From NCBI GenBank assembly GCA_017416145.1, contig JAFQDD010000010.1, positions 93,036-157,035 of the forward strand: a DNA stretch of 64,000 nucleotides, written 5' to 3'. Each line of letters opens with the position of its first letter. Position 1 is the first letter of the stretch. Of this stretch, positions 8,082-17,543 are shown in pieces. The DNA is from Spirochaetaceae bacterium. GTDB taxonomy: Bacteria > Spirochaetota > Spirochaetia > Treponematales > Treponemataceae. Both the position numbers and the translations under genes were made by a program. The notes under the pieces are model-generated. The model saw only the letters and a list, made by a program, of their open reading frames with translations. It was not told the DNA's origin and did no database searches.

Positions 8082-10157
8082 GTGAATCAACTTAAACCTG
8101 TTATTTCTGTTATTAAAGAAAAATGCGTAAACTGTCATAAATGTATAGCCGTGTGTCCATCAAAATTTTGTAATGATGGTTCTGGTGATTTTGTTAATAT
8201 TGACCACAATTTGTGTATAGGTTGTGGTGCTTGTATAAAAGCTTGTCCCCACGATGCAAGAATTGGTATAGATGATTTTTCTGATTTTATGAGTGCCCTC
8301 TCTTCAAAAAAAGATGTAGTTGCCATAGTTGCACCAGCTGCAGCTCCAAACTTCCGAGGAAAAGAGTTAGAATTAAACGGATGGCTAAAATCAATTGGTG
8401 TAAAAGCTGTTTTTGATGTTAGCTTCGGTGCAGAATTAACTACAAAATCATATTTAAATTACATAAAAAAAGCAAACCCAAAATTGGTGATTGCACAACC
8501 ATGTCCTGCTTTAGTTAGTTATGTAGAATTGTATCAACCAGATTTGATTCCTTATTTGTCTCCTGCAGATAGCCCAATGGCTCACACAGTTGTGATGATT
8601 CGAGAATTTTTCCCAGAATATGCAAATGCAAAAATCGCTGTCATATCACCTTGTTATGCAAAACGCCGAGAATTTGATGAAAATGGTCGTGGTGATTTTA
8701 ACGTAACGATGGCTTCTATCAGCAAGTATTTTAAAGAGAAAAATATTAATCTTGCTTCATATCCTCCAACAGAATTTACAAATCCTCCAGCAGAAAGAGC
8801 TGTTTTGTATTCAACTCCAGGAGGACTTTTGAGAACCGCAGAGCGATTTAATCCAAAAGTGAAAAATATTACTAGAAAAATCGAAGGACAACCTTTGATG
8901 ACAGAATATTTCCACGAATTGTCCACATCATTAAAAGAAAATAGACACTTACCATACAAATTGATTGACTGTTTGAACTGTGAAAAAGGCTGTAACGGTG
9001 GAGCTGGAACTGTAAATCAAGAATTGCCTTTGGATACTCTTGAAAATTACGTTGAAGAGAGAATGTATAAACAGCGGGATATTTGGAAAAAGAAGTCTTT
9101 TTCACGAAAAAATTGTATGAAAAAGATTAACAAGGCTATTGATAAATATTGGAAAGACGACATTTTTACTCGAAAATACGAAAATCGTGATGTTGTGGCA
9201 AATGGCTTACTAAAAATCCCAACAGAAATGGAATTGCAACAAATTTACACAGATATGGGAAAACGTGAGAAAAAAGATTTCCTAGATTGTGGTGCTTGTG
9301 GATATTCAACTTGTAAAGATATGGCCATTGCAATTTTTAATAACAAAAATAAAAAAGAAAATTGTCATCACTTTTTACTTTCTCAAGTTAGTTCTCTCCA
9401 TGATTCTTTCCAAGCAGAAATGAAGAGTTCTATTAACAATGTAACAAATTCTACATTGCAAAATCTTGATGAAACAAGAGATGGCGTAAACGAATTGACC
9501 CGAATCACAAAAGATATGTCAAATATTGTATCATCATCTTCTTCTGCCATCGAGGAAATGATTGGAAACATTATGTCCATCGAAACTACAATTAAAAAAA
9601 GTGTAGAAGCTGTTGAACAATTGGATATTGCAACTGTTGCTGGAGAAAGTAATTTGTCTGAAGTTAGTACTTTGGTTGAAAAAATCGAAGAAAAATCTCA
9701 GGGTCTTGAAGAGATGAGTAATGTGATTCAGCAAATTTCAGAGCAAACCAACTTGTTGGCTATGAATGCTGCTATCGAAGCTGCTCACGCTGGAGAAAGT
9801 GGAAAAGGTTTCGCGGTTGTTGCTGATGAAATCCGAAAATTGGCAGAAAACTCTGGAACTGAAGCAAAGAAAATCGCTGATGTTTTGGCTGAAATCAAAA
9901 AAATGATTGATGAAGCCTATGATGGTACAGTTTCTACAAAAAAAGAGTTTGATAATATCGTAAAAGGTTCTTCTGAAGTAAAAACTATGGAACTTGAAAT
10001 AAAAGACGCCATTGCAGAACAAAACAATGGTGGAAAACTGATATTACAAGCTGTTTCCAAACTAAAAGATTCTGAACAAGCTGTTGTAGTTGCATCAAAA
10101 CAACTTGCAGAAACAGAAGAACGAGTACGGGAAGCAATTCGGTCTTTGGCTTTGTAA
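8082..10157 (+). CDS. Cytoplasmic methyl-accepting chemotaxis protein with an N-terminal 2x[4Fe-4S] ferredoxin plus [FeFe]-hydrogenase-like (H-cluster domain) sensor
   Basis: Two CxxCxxCxxxCP motifs are present ([24 protein letters not shown]). Hydrogenase large-subunit-like motifs are [14 protein letters not shown] and [14 protein letters not shown]. The C-terminus has the MCP signalling hairpin [32 protein letters not shown]. No TM segments are evident. It has a GTG start preceded by GAGGTGA. Confidence 0.8.
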   Translation: MNQLKPVISVIKEKCVNCHKCIAVCPSKFCNDGSGDFVNIDHNLCIGCGACIKACPHDARIGIDDFSDFMSALSSKKDVVAIVAPAAAPNFRGKELELNGWLKSIGVKAVFDVSFGAELTTKSYLNYIKKANPKLVIAQPCPALVSYVELYQPDLIPYLSPADSPMAHTVVMIREFFPEYANAKIAVISPCYAKRREFDENGRGDFNVTMASISKYFKEKNINLASYPPTEFTNPPAERAVLYSTPGGLLRTAERFNPKVKNITRKIEGQPLMTEYFHELSTSLKENRHLPYKLIDCLNCEKGCNGGAGTVNQELPLDTLENYVEERMYKQRDIWKKKSFSRKNCMKKINKAIDKYWKDDIFTRKYENRDVVANGLLKIPTEMELQQIYTDMGKREKKDFLDCGACGYSTCKDMAIAIFNNKNKKENCHHFLLSQVSSLHDSFQAEMKSSINNVTNSTLQNLDETRDGVNELTRITKDMSNIVSSSSSAIEEMIGNIMSIETTIKKSVEAVEQLDIATVAGESNLSEVSTLVEKIEEKSQGLEEMSNVIQQISEQTNLLAMNAAIEAAHAGESGKGFAVVADEIRKLAENSGTEAKKIADVLAEIKKMIDEAYDGTVSTKKEFDNIVKGSSEVKTMELEIKDAIAEQNNGGKLILQAVSKLKDSEQAVVVASKQLAETEERVREAIRSLAL

Positions 10158-10177
10158 AAGATTTTTACCTCCCTTTG

Positions 10178-10210
10178 TCCCTTGTTAGTTCTTAACAAGG
10201 GATTTTTTTT
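10178..10210 (+). terminator. Intrinsic terminator of the MCP gene
   Basis: TCCCTTGTTA-gttct-TAACAAGGGA is followed by a T8 run. Confidence 0.8.
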
Positions 10211-10230
10211 ATCATCAAGAAATTTCAGCA

Positions 10231-10392
10231 AAAAAATTCAAGAGATTTTTTAATAAATTCAAGAGTTTTTGGTTAAAAATTCAAGGGTTTCCAGTAAAAA
10301 ATTCAAGAGTTTTTTGTTGAAAATTCAAGAGATTTTGATGAAAAATTCAAGAGTTTTTTATGAAAAAACTTCTTGAAAAAAATTCTTGATAA
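10231..10392. repeat. Iteron-like array: six direct AAATTCAAGAG(N)TTTT units at 21-22 bp spacing, followed by two inverted TCTTGA(A) half-sites
   Basis: The ATTCAAGAG/ATTCAAGGG core starts at about 10236, 10257, 10279, 10301, 10323 and 10345. The inverted copies cttcttgaa and attcttgat lie at about 10369 and 10382. Confidence 0.75.
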
Positions 10393-10546
10393 ATTGAAAA
10401 AATCGTATTATATTTGGTATGTCGAGTAATGGGGAAAGTTTTTCCTTCGACACATAAACTTCGGTCTTAAAAAAGACCAGGGTTTGGCGATTTTTGACAT
10501 TTCTAGGGATGGACTTTTTTAAGATCTAAAACAAAGGAATTGCTTT

Positions 10547-10978
10547 ATGAATTTTAAAATTATTCATCGCAACAATCCACAAGACTTAAATTCTGCTGGA
10601 AAGTATTATCCAGCACCTGTATATCATTCAACGATTAATTTAAAAAATTTAGCAAATGAAATTGCTCACTCAACTTCATTGACGGCTTCGGATGTAAAGG
10701 CTGTGATTGAAGAGTTAATCGTATCATTTGAACGACATCTGATAAATGGTGAGAAACTTAAATTAGATGGACTTGGAACATTTAAAACGGCTTTCAGTGG
10801 AGAAGGTTCTGATTCTATTGAAGAAGTAAGTGCCAAAAATATTGATAATAAATCAATTCGTGTTACCTTCGTGGCTGACAATGAATTGAAAAAGAGTATT
10901 AGAAATAACATAATTCTTGAAAAAGAGAAAAGATCAAAACAAACTGTAAATGTAGTTAATTCAGAAAATGAATCCTAA
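10547..10978 (+). CDS. HU-family (HU_HIG-like, Bacteroidetes/spirochaete type) DNA-binding protein
   Basis: The 143-aa ORF shows the pattern ...IAHSTSLTASDVKAVIEELIVSFERHLINGEKLKLDGLGTFKTAF..., typical of long HU-like proteins. Confidence 0.65.
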   Translation: MNFKIIHRNNPQDLNSAGKYYPAPVYHSTINLKNLANEIAHSTSLTASDVKAVIEELIVSFERHLINGEKLKLDGLGTFKTAFSGEGSDSIEEVSAKNIDNKSIRVTFVADNELKKSIRNNIILEKEKRSKQTVNVVNSENES

Positions 10979-11225
10979 TAGTATTTGCCTTGTGCAAATT
11001 TGAATTGAAAAGTAGATCCATTTTCAAGTTTTTGAAATAAAAGGCTTGGAAATAACAATTATGATAATAGAATGAAAATCCAGAGTTTTTTGAAATATGA
11101 TTCAATAAACTTTAAATTATGACCTATATATTTATCAGCCTTGTGCTGGAAAAATTGAAGATGTTTTTATAAAAACTGTTTTAACCTTAGAAATGTCCAA
11201 AGCCAAACCGTGTAAAACAGTGAAA

Positions 11226-11265
11226 AGTGTACCTCCGAAAGTGTGAAGGGGGTACACTTTTTTTG
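11226..11265 (+). terminator. Intrinsic terminator-like hairpin downstream of the HU-like gene
   Basis: AAGTGTACC...GGTACACTT is followed by a T7 run. Confidence 0.55.
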
Positions 11266-11282
11266 TATGTGGGGGGGGGTGT

Positions 11283-12738
11283 TTTATTTGTAGTTCGGTT
11301 GTGAAGGTGCGACCGAGTTTGGAGGAACAAAAATGTCAGAAGCCGAGTTTCAATTCACGCACCCGTGAAGGTGCGACGGTCTACACGACAGTTAAGACAA
11401 TACCCACAAGGTTTCAATTCACGCACCCGTGAAGGTGCGACTCTAGGAATGAAGATCATTTATCAAAAGAGAGGTGTTTCAATTCACGCACCCGTGAAGG
11501 TGCGACACACTTTTATAAATCTTGTTGCTAAGCACAAAAGTTTCAATTCACGCACCCGTGAAGGTGCGACACAAAAGAAAACTAGAACTAAGAGATGTAA
11601 TTAGTTTCAATTCACGCACCCGTGAAGGTGCGACGAAAAAAAAGATGTTGATATTATCCACAAACCAGTTTCAATTCACGCACCCGTGAAGGTGCGACAC
11701 CATGCCATGCTCCTAGCTCAAAGTTGCCACGTTGTTTCAATTCACGCACCCGTGAAGGTGCGACAGTACTAGAAGCTGTTAAGCGTGATGGCATTTCAGT
11801 TTCAATTCACGCACCCGTGAAGGTGCGACTTATTGATGAATGTTTCTCTCAAAAAGAGTTAGATGTTTCAATTCACGCACCCGTGAAGGTGCGACTCTTC
11901 AATAGTGTCTTTAGCATCTTTACAAAGTGTTTCAATTCACGCACCCGTGAAGGTGCGACTGAAAATCTTAAACTCCGTAAGCTTTCAGATACAGTTTCAA
12001 TTCACGCACCCGTGAAGGTGCGACAAAACCCCTATTGACTTAAAACCAATGATAGAAGTTTCAATTCACGCACCCGTGAAGGTGCGACGTTAATGTTTGA
12101 TGTTCAGCTAATAGTTGTCTGTTTCAATTCACGCACCCGTGAAGGTGCGACGTTCTTTTGTTAAAATGTTTACGCTTTTACTTTTTGTTTCAATTCACGC
12201 ACCCGTGAAGGTGCGACATTGAAAGTACATCTTCACGCCCATATACACTATGTTTCAATTCACGCACCCGTGAAGGTGCGACAAATGCGTTTTAATTTTT
12301 CTGTTGAATCAGCTCTTGTTTCAATTCACGCACCCGTGAAGGTGCGACGTGCCATTGCTTGACATACATGATATGGAGTAAAGTTTCAATTCACGCACCC
12401 GTGAAGGTGCGACTTATTTGTTCGTTTACATATCCATTTAAATAAAATGTTTCAATTCACGCACCCGTGAAGGTGCGACATATATCAAGGTAGGAATAAA
12501 CAATAAAATATATGTTTCAATTCACGCACCCGTGAAGGTGCGACGTTTAAAGAGAGCAATAGATCTTGCTCAATACAGTTTCAATTCACGCACCCGTGAA
12601 GGTGCGACGGTGTTTTGTTATCATCTAACCAAGGCATACATTGTTTCAATTCACGCACCCGTGAAGGTGCGACTGGACAAACAGCCATATTAAAAAAAAC
12701 TAAAAGAGTTTCAATTCACGCACCCGTGAAGGTGCGAC
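11283..12738 (-). CRISPR. Type I-C CRISPR array: 22 identical 31-nt repeats, 32-35 nt spacers, plus one degenerate terminal repeat at the leader-distal end
   Basis: The plus-strand repeat is gtttcaattcacgcacccgtgaaggtgcgac. On the minus strand it reads GTCGCACCTTCACGGGTGCGTGAATTGAAAC, the I-C-type ...ATTGAAAC end. The first repeat is at 11347..11377 and the last at 12708..12738. The degenerate copy at 11283..11313 keeps only gtgaaggtgcgac. The cas2-proximal AT-rich leader sets the transcription direction to minus. Confidence 0.97.
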
Positions 12739-12874
12739 TATATTATAGTTATCATATTATATTAAAATGAATTAGCAATTATTTATCGCGAATATGCTTT
12801 CACTATAATATTTATGGTACATTATACTACTTTTTTGAGACAAAAAACAATGTTTGCTATATGTTCGCGATATT
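12739..12874 (-). promoter_or_regulatory. CRISPR leader (AT-rich, 136 bp) with a candidate -10 box and an inverted repeat
   Basis: It lies between the cas2 stop and the first repeat. On the minus strand, TATAAT sits at 12826..12821. The pair tatcgcgaatat (12784..12795) and atgttcgcgata (12861..12872) are 11/12 reverse complements. Confidence 0.6.
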
Positions 12875-13171
12875 TTATAAGATAAGAATCCCTTGTGGAT
12901 TTAATGTTTCTTTTTGACCAATATGTTCTACTTTTCTATCCCAATTTGCACCTAAGGAATAAAATCGTAAACTATCGTATTCAGGATTTATTGTTTTTAA
13001 TAATTTATTTTTTAATTCGACCCATTGAGACGGATCTACCAAACATTCAAAAACAGAATACTGAACTCTTTGTCCATAATTCTCTAATATTTTTGAAACT
13101 TTACGTAATCTTTTTTCGCCTTTTTCATCTCTAGCTACATCATAAGTAACAAGCATCATCATATAACTCAC
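12875..13171 (-). CDS. cas2: CRISPR-associated endoribonuclease Cas2
   Basis: The 98-aa ORF has the MLVTYDV...YSVFEC pattern. It is adjacent to cas1 and the array. Confidence 0.9.
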   Translation of the reverse strand: MSYMMMLVTYDVARDEKGEKRLRKVSKILENYGQRVQYSVFECLVDPSQWVELKNKLLKTINPEYDSLRFYSLGANWDRKVEHIGQKETLNPQGILIL

Positions 13172-14206
13172 CTATTTCCACAAATATACAGGATATCCAT
13201 CAATATCACCTCTTATAAATCTTGCCAATAATCTAGCTTGTGTATGAAATAAAATTGCCATATGCATTTTCTTTTCTACAAAGGGATGAGTAATAACAGA
13301 TTCTTTCTTTTTTTGATATGTCGAAATTAATTTTTTTCTAGTTTCTTCATTCATAATTACAGCACCACTTGCAGTGATTTCAAAATCATCTTTTGATACT
13401 TCATTTCTATTAATCAACGATAAAACTATTCTATCCGCAAAAAAAGCTCTAAATTCTTCCATCAAATCTAAAGCAAGACTAAGTCTGCCTGGTCTATCTC
13501 TATGCATAAAACCAACAGCAGGATCCAAACCAACACATTCTAAAGCACTTATCATATCGTGATATAACAAAGTATATGTATAAGAAAGCATTGCATTTAC
13601 ATTATCTAAAGGAGGACGCCTATTTCGCCCAGTAAATTTAAAATCATCTTTTTGAGATGTAATTAATTCGTCAAATACAGAAAAGTAATCTTCTGCAGAC
13701 TCCCCTTCAATACCTCTTAATTTATCTAAATCTTTTACAGTTTCTATTTTATCAATATTACGATTCAATTTGTATATTACTTTTTTTGCCTTTTCTGAAT
13801 CAATTTTATTACCGTGATCTCTAACTGCTCGCTGTAATACAGTTTTTTGATTCGCAATTTTTCCTATTATAAAAAATTTTGCAACTTCTAATGATTTTTC
13901 TTTGTCATCAGAAATTCTATATTGCTGTTTCCTTAATAAAACGTTTCCAGCTACAGGTCCTTGAACTCTTGCTAAATATTTCCCTGTTTCAGATAAAAAA
14001 CTTATTGTTATATTATACTCTGGACATGCACCTAACAAAAATGGGCTAACATATATATTCCCAAAACAAACAATACTATCAAGATTTATCATTGGAATAG
14101 AAGCAATTACTTTATCATCAATAATTACTTCTACAGCTTCACCTTTTTTATGCAAATATGTTTTTTGTGTTGTAACGTACAATGTATTTAAAAATCTTTG
14201 CATCAA
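13172..14206 (-). CDS. cas1: CRISPR-associated endonuclease Cas1 (I-C type)
   Basis: The 344-aa ORF has a Cas1 fold signature (…GIEGESAEDYF…LDNVNAMLSYTYTLL…GFMH…LALDLMEEFR). Confidence 0.92.
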   Translation of the reverse strand: MMQRFLNTLYVTTQKTYLHKKGEAVEVIIDDKVIASIPMINLDSIVCFGNIYVSPFLLGACPEYNITISFLSETGKYLARVQGPVAGNVLLRKQQYRISDDKEKSLEVAKFFIIGKIANQKTVLQRAVRDHGNKIDSEKAKKVIYKLNRNIDKIETVKDLDKLRGIEGESAEDYFSVFDELITSQKDDFKFTGRNRRPPLDNVNAMLSYTYTLLYHDMISALECVGLDPAVGFMHRDRPGRLSLALDLMEEFRAFFADRIVLSLINRNEVSKDDFEITASGAVIMNEETRKKLISTYQKKKESVITHPFVEKKMHMAILFHTQARLLARFIRGDIDGYPVYLWK

Positions 14207-14212
14207 ATGCTC

Positions 14213-14851
14213 CTATTCGTCATCCATCAATAAATCTAGACTTAATCGCCTTTTGATATATGAATTTACAGATTTTCTTCTTCCAGCAGTTTCTGGAAAA
14301 CATTCGTCAATAAATGAACAACTTTCACATTTCTTTGTATATTCAGCCTTTGGAGTTTTTTCTGATGCAATTAATTCATGAAACTTTTTTGATAAATTTA
14401 CAGTTTCTGTTCTTAGTTCATTAGTAATAGGAATGGATATTCTTTTTCTTATTTTAAAATAATATATTGCACCTTCGGAAATAGAACATTTTAGCATTTC
14501 TTCAAGACAAATCACTTGTGCACACAATTGAACTTCATCAGTTGAATCTTCTTTTGGTTCTCCATGCTTATACTCAATAGGTATGATTTTACCATCTGAG
14601 TAAAACTCTACGGCATCAGTCTTACCAACTAATCCAAGCAAACTAGAAGCAATTTTTAAATCTCGTTCTGTTCTAACAATCTTTCGAGATTCAGAAACTC
14701 CACTATGAACTTTTTCATGTTGTACTCGACCAGATGCTGTAAAATAATTTTCATTCCAGAGTTGTTCTAAATGTATAAATGCACATTGCCGCGGACAAAA
14801 GTGTAAATGCTGAAGTCCGCTAAGCAATAAATAATCAGATTCTGCGTACAT
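14213..14851 (-). CDS. cas4: CRISPR-associated exonuclease Cas4 (RecB-like, Fe-S)
   Basis: The 212-aa ORF has an N-terminal Cys (HFCPRQC), a C-terminal CxxC...C cluster (KKCESCSFIDEC) and an IEYKHG nuclease motif. Confidence 0.88.
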   Translation of the reverse strand: MYAESDYLLLSGLQHLHFCPRQCAFIHLEQLWNENYFTASGRVQHEKVHSGVSESRKIVRTERDLKIASSLLGLVGKTDAVEFYSDGKIIPIEYKHGEPKEDSTDEVQLCAQVICLEEMLKCSISEGAIYYFKIRKRISIPITNELRTETVNLSKKFHELIASEKTPKAEYTKKCESCSFIDECFPETAGRRKSVNSYIKRRLSLDLLMDDE

Positions 14852-14861
14852 TATAGGGTGA

Positions 14862-15710
14862 CTAGAATGTAAGAATTTCTGGTTTTAGCCCATCTAAATC
14901 ATTTGATTTTATAATGTAATCATTAGCGGACTTTACATCTACAACAGCATCTTTCTTTGTAATTTCCAATGTGCGATGAACTTTTGCAGCTGAATATTGT
15001 CCTGCTTTTGAATTATGCTTCCACCAATATAAAGCAACAACTTCCATACTGCCCTCTGGACGAGCAGAAGATGCATCATTATCAAAAATGTGTAGCAATG
15101 CATTTTTAATTTTCTCTGCATCTTCGTCACTAAATCCTGTTAATTCAGCAAGTTGAGGATTAATGCTTCCAAAAGTAGTATAAAGCCCAAAATCTACACT
15201 GTGTTTCATACCCATTGTATCAGACCCACGCTTTGAACCATCGCCTTCTCCACTCACACTTTTTGTGATCTGAAGACTAGTTACATTTATTAAATCAACA
15301 CTGAATGCTGGTTGAATTGTAACAGGTCCACGAATACCTACAGAAACTCCTTTCCCTTCTCCACCTTTAAATGCAAAAACTTGACCAAAACTTCGAACAT
15401 CAATCCAAGTTTCATTTGCAAGTTTACGAAGTTCTTCTTCATTCTTCATAGCTTTACCTAAGACAGCTTCAGCTCGGTTTCTTAAAGACCGATGTTCATC
15501 TTTTCTATAATCATCTGATTGAACAAAAATAGATTCTCCAGCATCTTGTAAACGATTTCTAATTTTTCGTTTTAGACATACATCAGAAAGCTCTCCATGC
15601 CCATCATAAGTCATTCTTGGAATATTTCCATTTAATGGGTCACCGTTTGGATTTGCATTTTTTACACTAAATACTAATGCGAAATCAATTTTATTCTGTA
15701 ATACAGCCAT
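14862..15710 (-). CDS. cas7: Type I-C Cascade backbone subunit Cas7c (Csd2)
   Basis: The 282-aa ORF shows the pattern ...NANPNGDP...R...D.. typical of Csd2. Its position is between cas8c and cas4. Confidence 0.88.
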   Translation of the reverse strand: MAVLQNKIDFALVFSVKNANPNGDPLNGNIPRMTYDGHGELSDVCLKRKIRNRLQDAGESIFVQSDDYRKDEHRSLRNRAEAVLGKAMKNEEELRKLANETWIDVRSFGQVFAFKGGEGKGVSVGIRGPVTIQPAFSVDLINVTSLQITKSVSGEGDGSKRGSDTMGMKHSVDFGLYTTFGSINPQLAELTGFSDEDAEKIKNALLHIFDNDASSARPEGSMEVVALYWWKHNSKAGQYSAAKVHRTLEITKKDAVVDVKSANDYIIKSNDLDGLKPEILTF

Positions 15711-15713
15711 AAT

Positions 15714-16103
15714 TTATTCCTCCATATTTTCTTCTGATTCTTCATCAGTTTTTTTTCTATAACTTTGTAATTGACAATGATATCCTAATAAAAACTCACC
15801 AGAAAGTGGTTTGTCATTTAGAAAATCATCTGTTTCAAATAAAACTGAAATATCTTGTATTTGTTTTTCAAACCAGTCTTGAAGACCTTTTTCCAACTGT
15901 CGTCGATATGCAGATAACTTATCTTTATACAACAACAACCAAGTTTTAGCAGGATGAATAGAGAATTGTTGCATATAACGAACGGCATTTGTCTCTCTAT
16001 TCTGTCCAGACTTTTTCAAAGCAGCATTTTCATATTGTTGCAACACTGCTAACAATCTTCCAAATAGGTAATCCCTACTTGTTCGAGTTTCTTCTAAAGC
16101 CAA
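15714..16103 (-). CDS. cas11: Probable internally translated small subunit Cas11c (C-terminal 129 aa of cas8c)
   Basis: An in-frame TTG at 16103 is preceded by AAGGAGG with an 8-nt spacer (aaAAGGAGGattataaaTTGgct). Independent translation of Cas11 from within cas8c has been reported for I-C systems. Confidence 0.5.
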   Translation of the reverse strand: MALEETRTSRDYLFGRLLAVLQQYENAALKKSGQNRETNAVRYMQQFSIHPAKTWLLLYKDKLSAYRRQLEKGLQDWFEKQIQDISVLFETDDFLNDKPLSGEFLLGYHCQLQSYRKKTDEESEENMEE

Positions 16104-17543
16104 TTTATAATCCTCCTTTTTGTGGTTATATTTATAAACAGCACATGCTATTCCCAAAAGACTATCTCGCTTAGTTTGGGAATCAATAATAAATAAATTT
16201 GATGCAGTTCTCACACACTGTCTTTCTAAATCCAAAGGTATTTTATTACCATCAAGAATACAAGGTAGTAATCTCTGAATTGTTTTTTCAACAAGATTAG
16301 ATTTTACTCTCTCCCCATAAGCACAGTATACAATTTCAGTGGGAGATGGCACCCCAACAGTTCTAATAAACATATTATTTTTCCAATAACAATGATGCCA
16401 TACTAGATTGTTATACCAGTTATTTAGAGCCTGAATTAACTCTGTTCTTTCAAGGATGCGATACATTGCAATAGAAGCACGACCTTGACCAGGTGTTGCT
16501 TCTTTTACAACCATTATCATAATATTTTTAGAATTTTCTAAATTTCCATAATATCCTAAAAGACGATTATTCATCGCTCGAGCAAATTCTTCAGAAGTTG
16601 AATATACAATTGATTCTTCCTCAAGCTCGTCTTCGATTCCGTAATCAAAATCAGCACTACCATCTGTAATAGCAGGTAACTTGTCCCCTGCACGATTCCA
16701 AGAAACAAGAGAAAGACCATCTCCTATTGATACTCCTTGTCTCTTTAAAAGCCATCTTAATGCACTATGAGCTTTTTGGGATGTTTCAGAACTTATCTGA
16801 CAAGCTTCTCTATCATTTGAAAAACGACCTCTAAAAGTATAATTTGAAGTATCATTCGAAGAAATAAGTTTTGCTTTATCACCGCCATTTCGAATTTTTG
16901 CAGGGTGGTAATTAGCAATCTTAACCTTTTCTCCATCAATATAATCAAAATCAATTTTACGAACTCGTTTTTCTATATCTTCTTTTTTATCAAACTTATT
17001 ATTACAGTATTCTTCAAAATAATCGGAATTATAAAAATCAATCCAACTTTTATACGTTTCTTCATCTTTCCACAGTTCGGGATTAGAATCTCCTTTTATA
17101 TACACTTCCCAGCGTATAAAATCTGATATATCGCTCTCTTTTATATTGGATATTTTCAAGTCTTGAAGTAAGCTTCCTTTTTCAATATATTTGCATACAG
17201 ATTTCACCTTAGAATTACCATAATCAGAATCACTCCAACTTTTTAATAAATTAAAATATTGAGAATGCTTTTCAGATGTTCCAGTAACATATTCTAATTT
17301 GTCACACAGAGGATAAGCATCAGCACCACTAGATCTAGATGAGCAAGATTCTGTACAAGGCATCAAAGTAACCTTATCTGATTTGTTATCGATTAGAGAA
17401 GCTTTTATGAACTCCCCATTCTCATCAATTGTTACTGTAACTGATGCATTATTTGAAATATGATAAATTGGTGTGGGTTTTTCATCAGAATTACGCTTAA
17501 TTGTATTATCATATACTTGAGAAAGTTCATATAACCAACTCAT
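15714..17543 (-). CDS. cas8c: Type I-C Cascade large subunit Cas8c (Csd1)
   Basis: The 609-aa ORF lies between cas5c and cas7c. It overlaps cas5c by 4 nt (ATGA). Size and position are diagnostic of Csd1. Confidence 0.85.
   Translation of the reverse strand: MSWLYELSQVYDNTIKRNSDEKPTPIYHISNNASVTVTIDENGEFIKASLIDNKSDKVTLMPCTESCSSRSSGADAYPLCDKLEYVTGTSEKHSQYFNLLKSWSDSDYGNSKVKSVCKYIEKGSLLQDLKISNIKESDISDFIRWEVYIKGDSNPELWKDEETYKSWIDFYNSDYFEEYCNNKFDKKEDIEKRVRKIDFDYIDGEKVKIANYHPAKIRNGGDKAKLISSNDTSNYTFRGRFSNDREACQISSETSQKAHSALRWLLKRQGVSIGDGLSLVSWNRAGDKLPAITDGSADFDYGIEDELEEESIVYSTSEEFARAMNNRLLGYYGNLENSKNIMIMVVKEATPGQGRASIAMYRILERTELIQALNNWYNNLVWHHCYWKNNMFIRTVGVPSPTEIVYCAYGERVKSNLVEKTIQRLLPCILDGNKIPLDLERQCVRTASNLFIIDSQTKRDSLLGIACAVYKYNHKKEDYKLALEETRTSRDYLFGRLLAVLQQYENAALKKSGQNRETNAVRYMQQFSIHPAKTWLLLYKDKLSAYRRQLEKGLQDWFEKQIQDISVLFETDDFLNDKPLSGEFLLGYHCQLQSYRKKTDEESEENMEE

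Noticed and set aside
10400-10546. Possible riboswitch or leader upstream of the HU-like gene (hairpins GTCGA...TCGAC and GGTCTT-aaaaa-AGACC)
   Set aside because: It bears no resemblance to any riboswitch class I can recognise by eye. Part of it is explained by the left inverted repeat reported in the findings.
11272-11279. G8 homopolymer next to the CRISPR trailer, as a possible phase-variation tract
   Set aside because: It is not within or upstream of any ORF or promoter I can define. It sits between a terminator and the degenerate terminal repeat, so no phase-variable target is apparent.
11365-12038. ORFs 11365..11604 and 11724..12038 (79 and 104 aa) with repeated FNSRTREGAT / SIHAPVKVR peptides
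   Set aside because: They lie entirely inside the CRISPR array. The repeated peptides are just translations of the 31-nt repeat in two frames.
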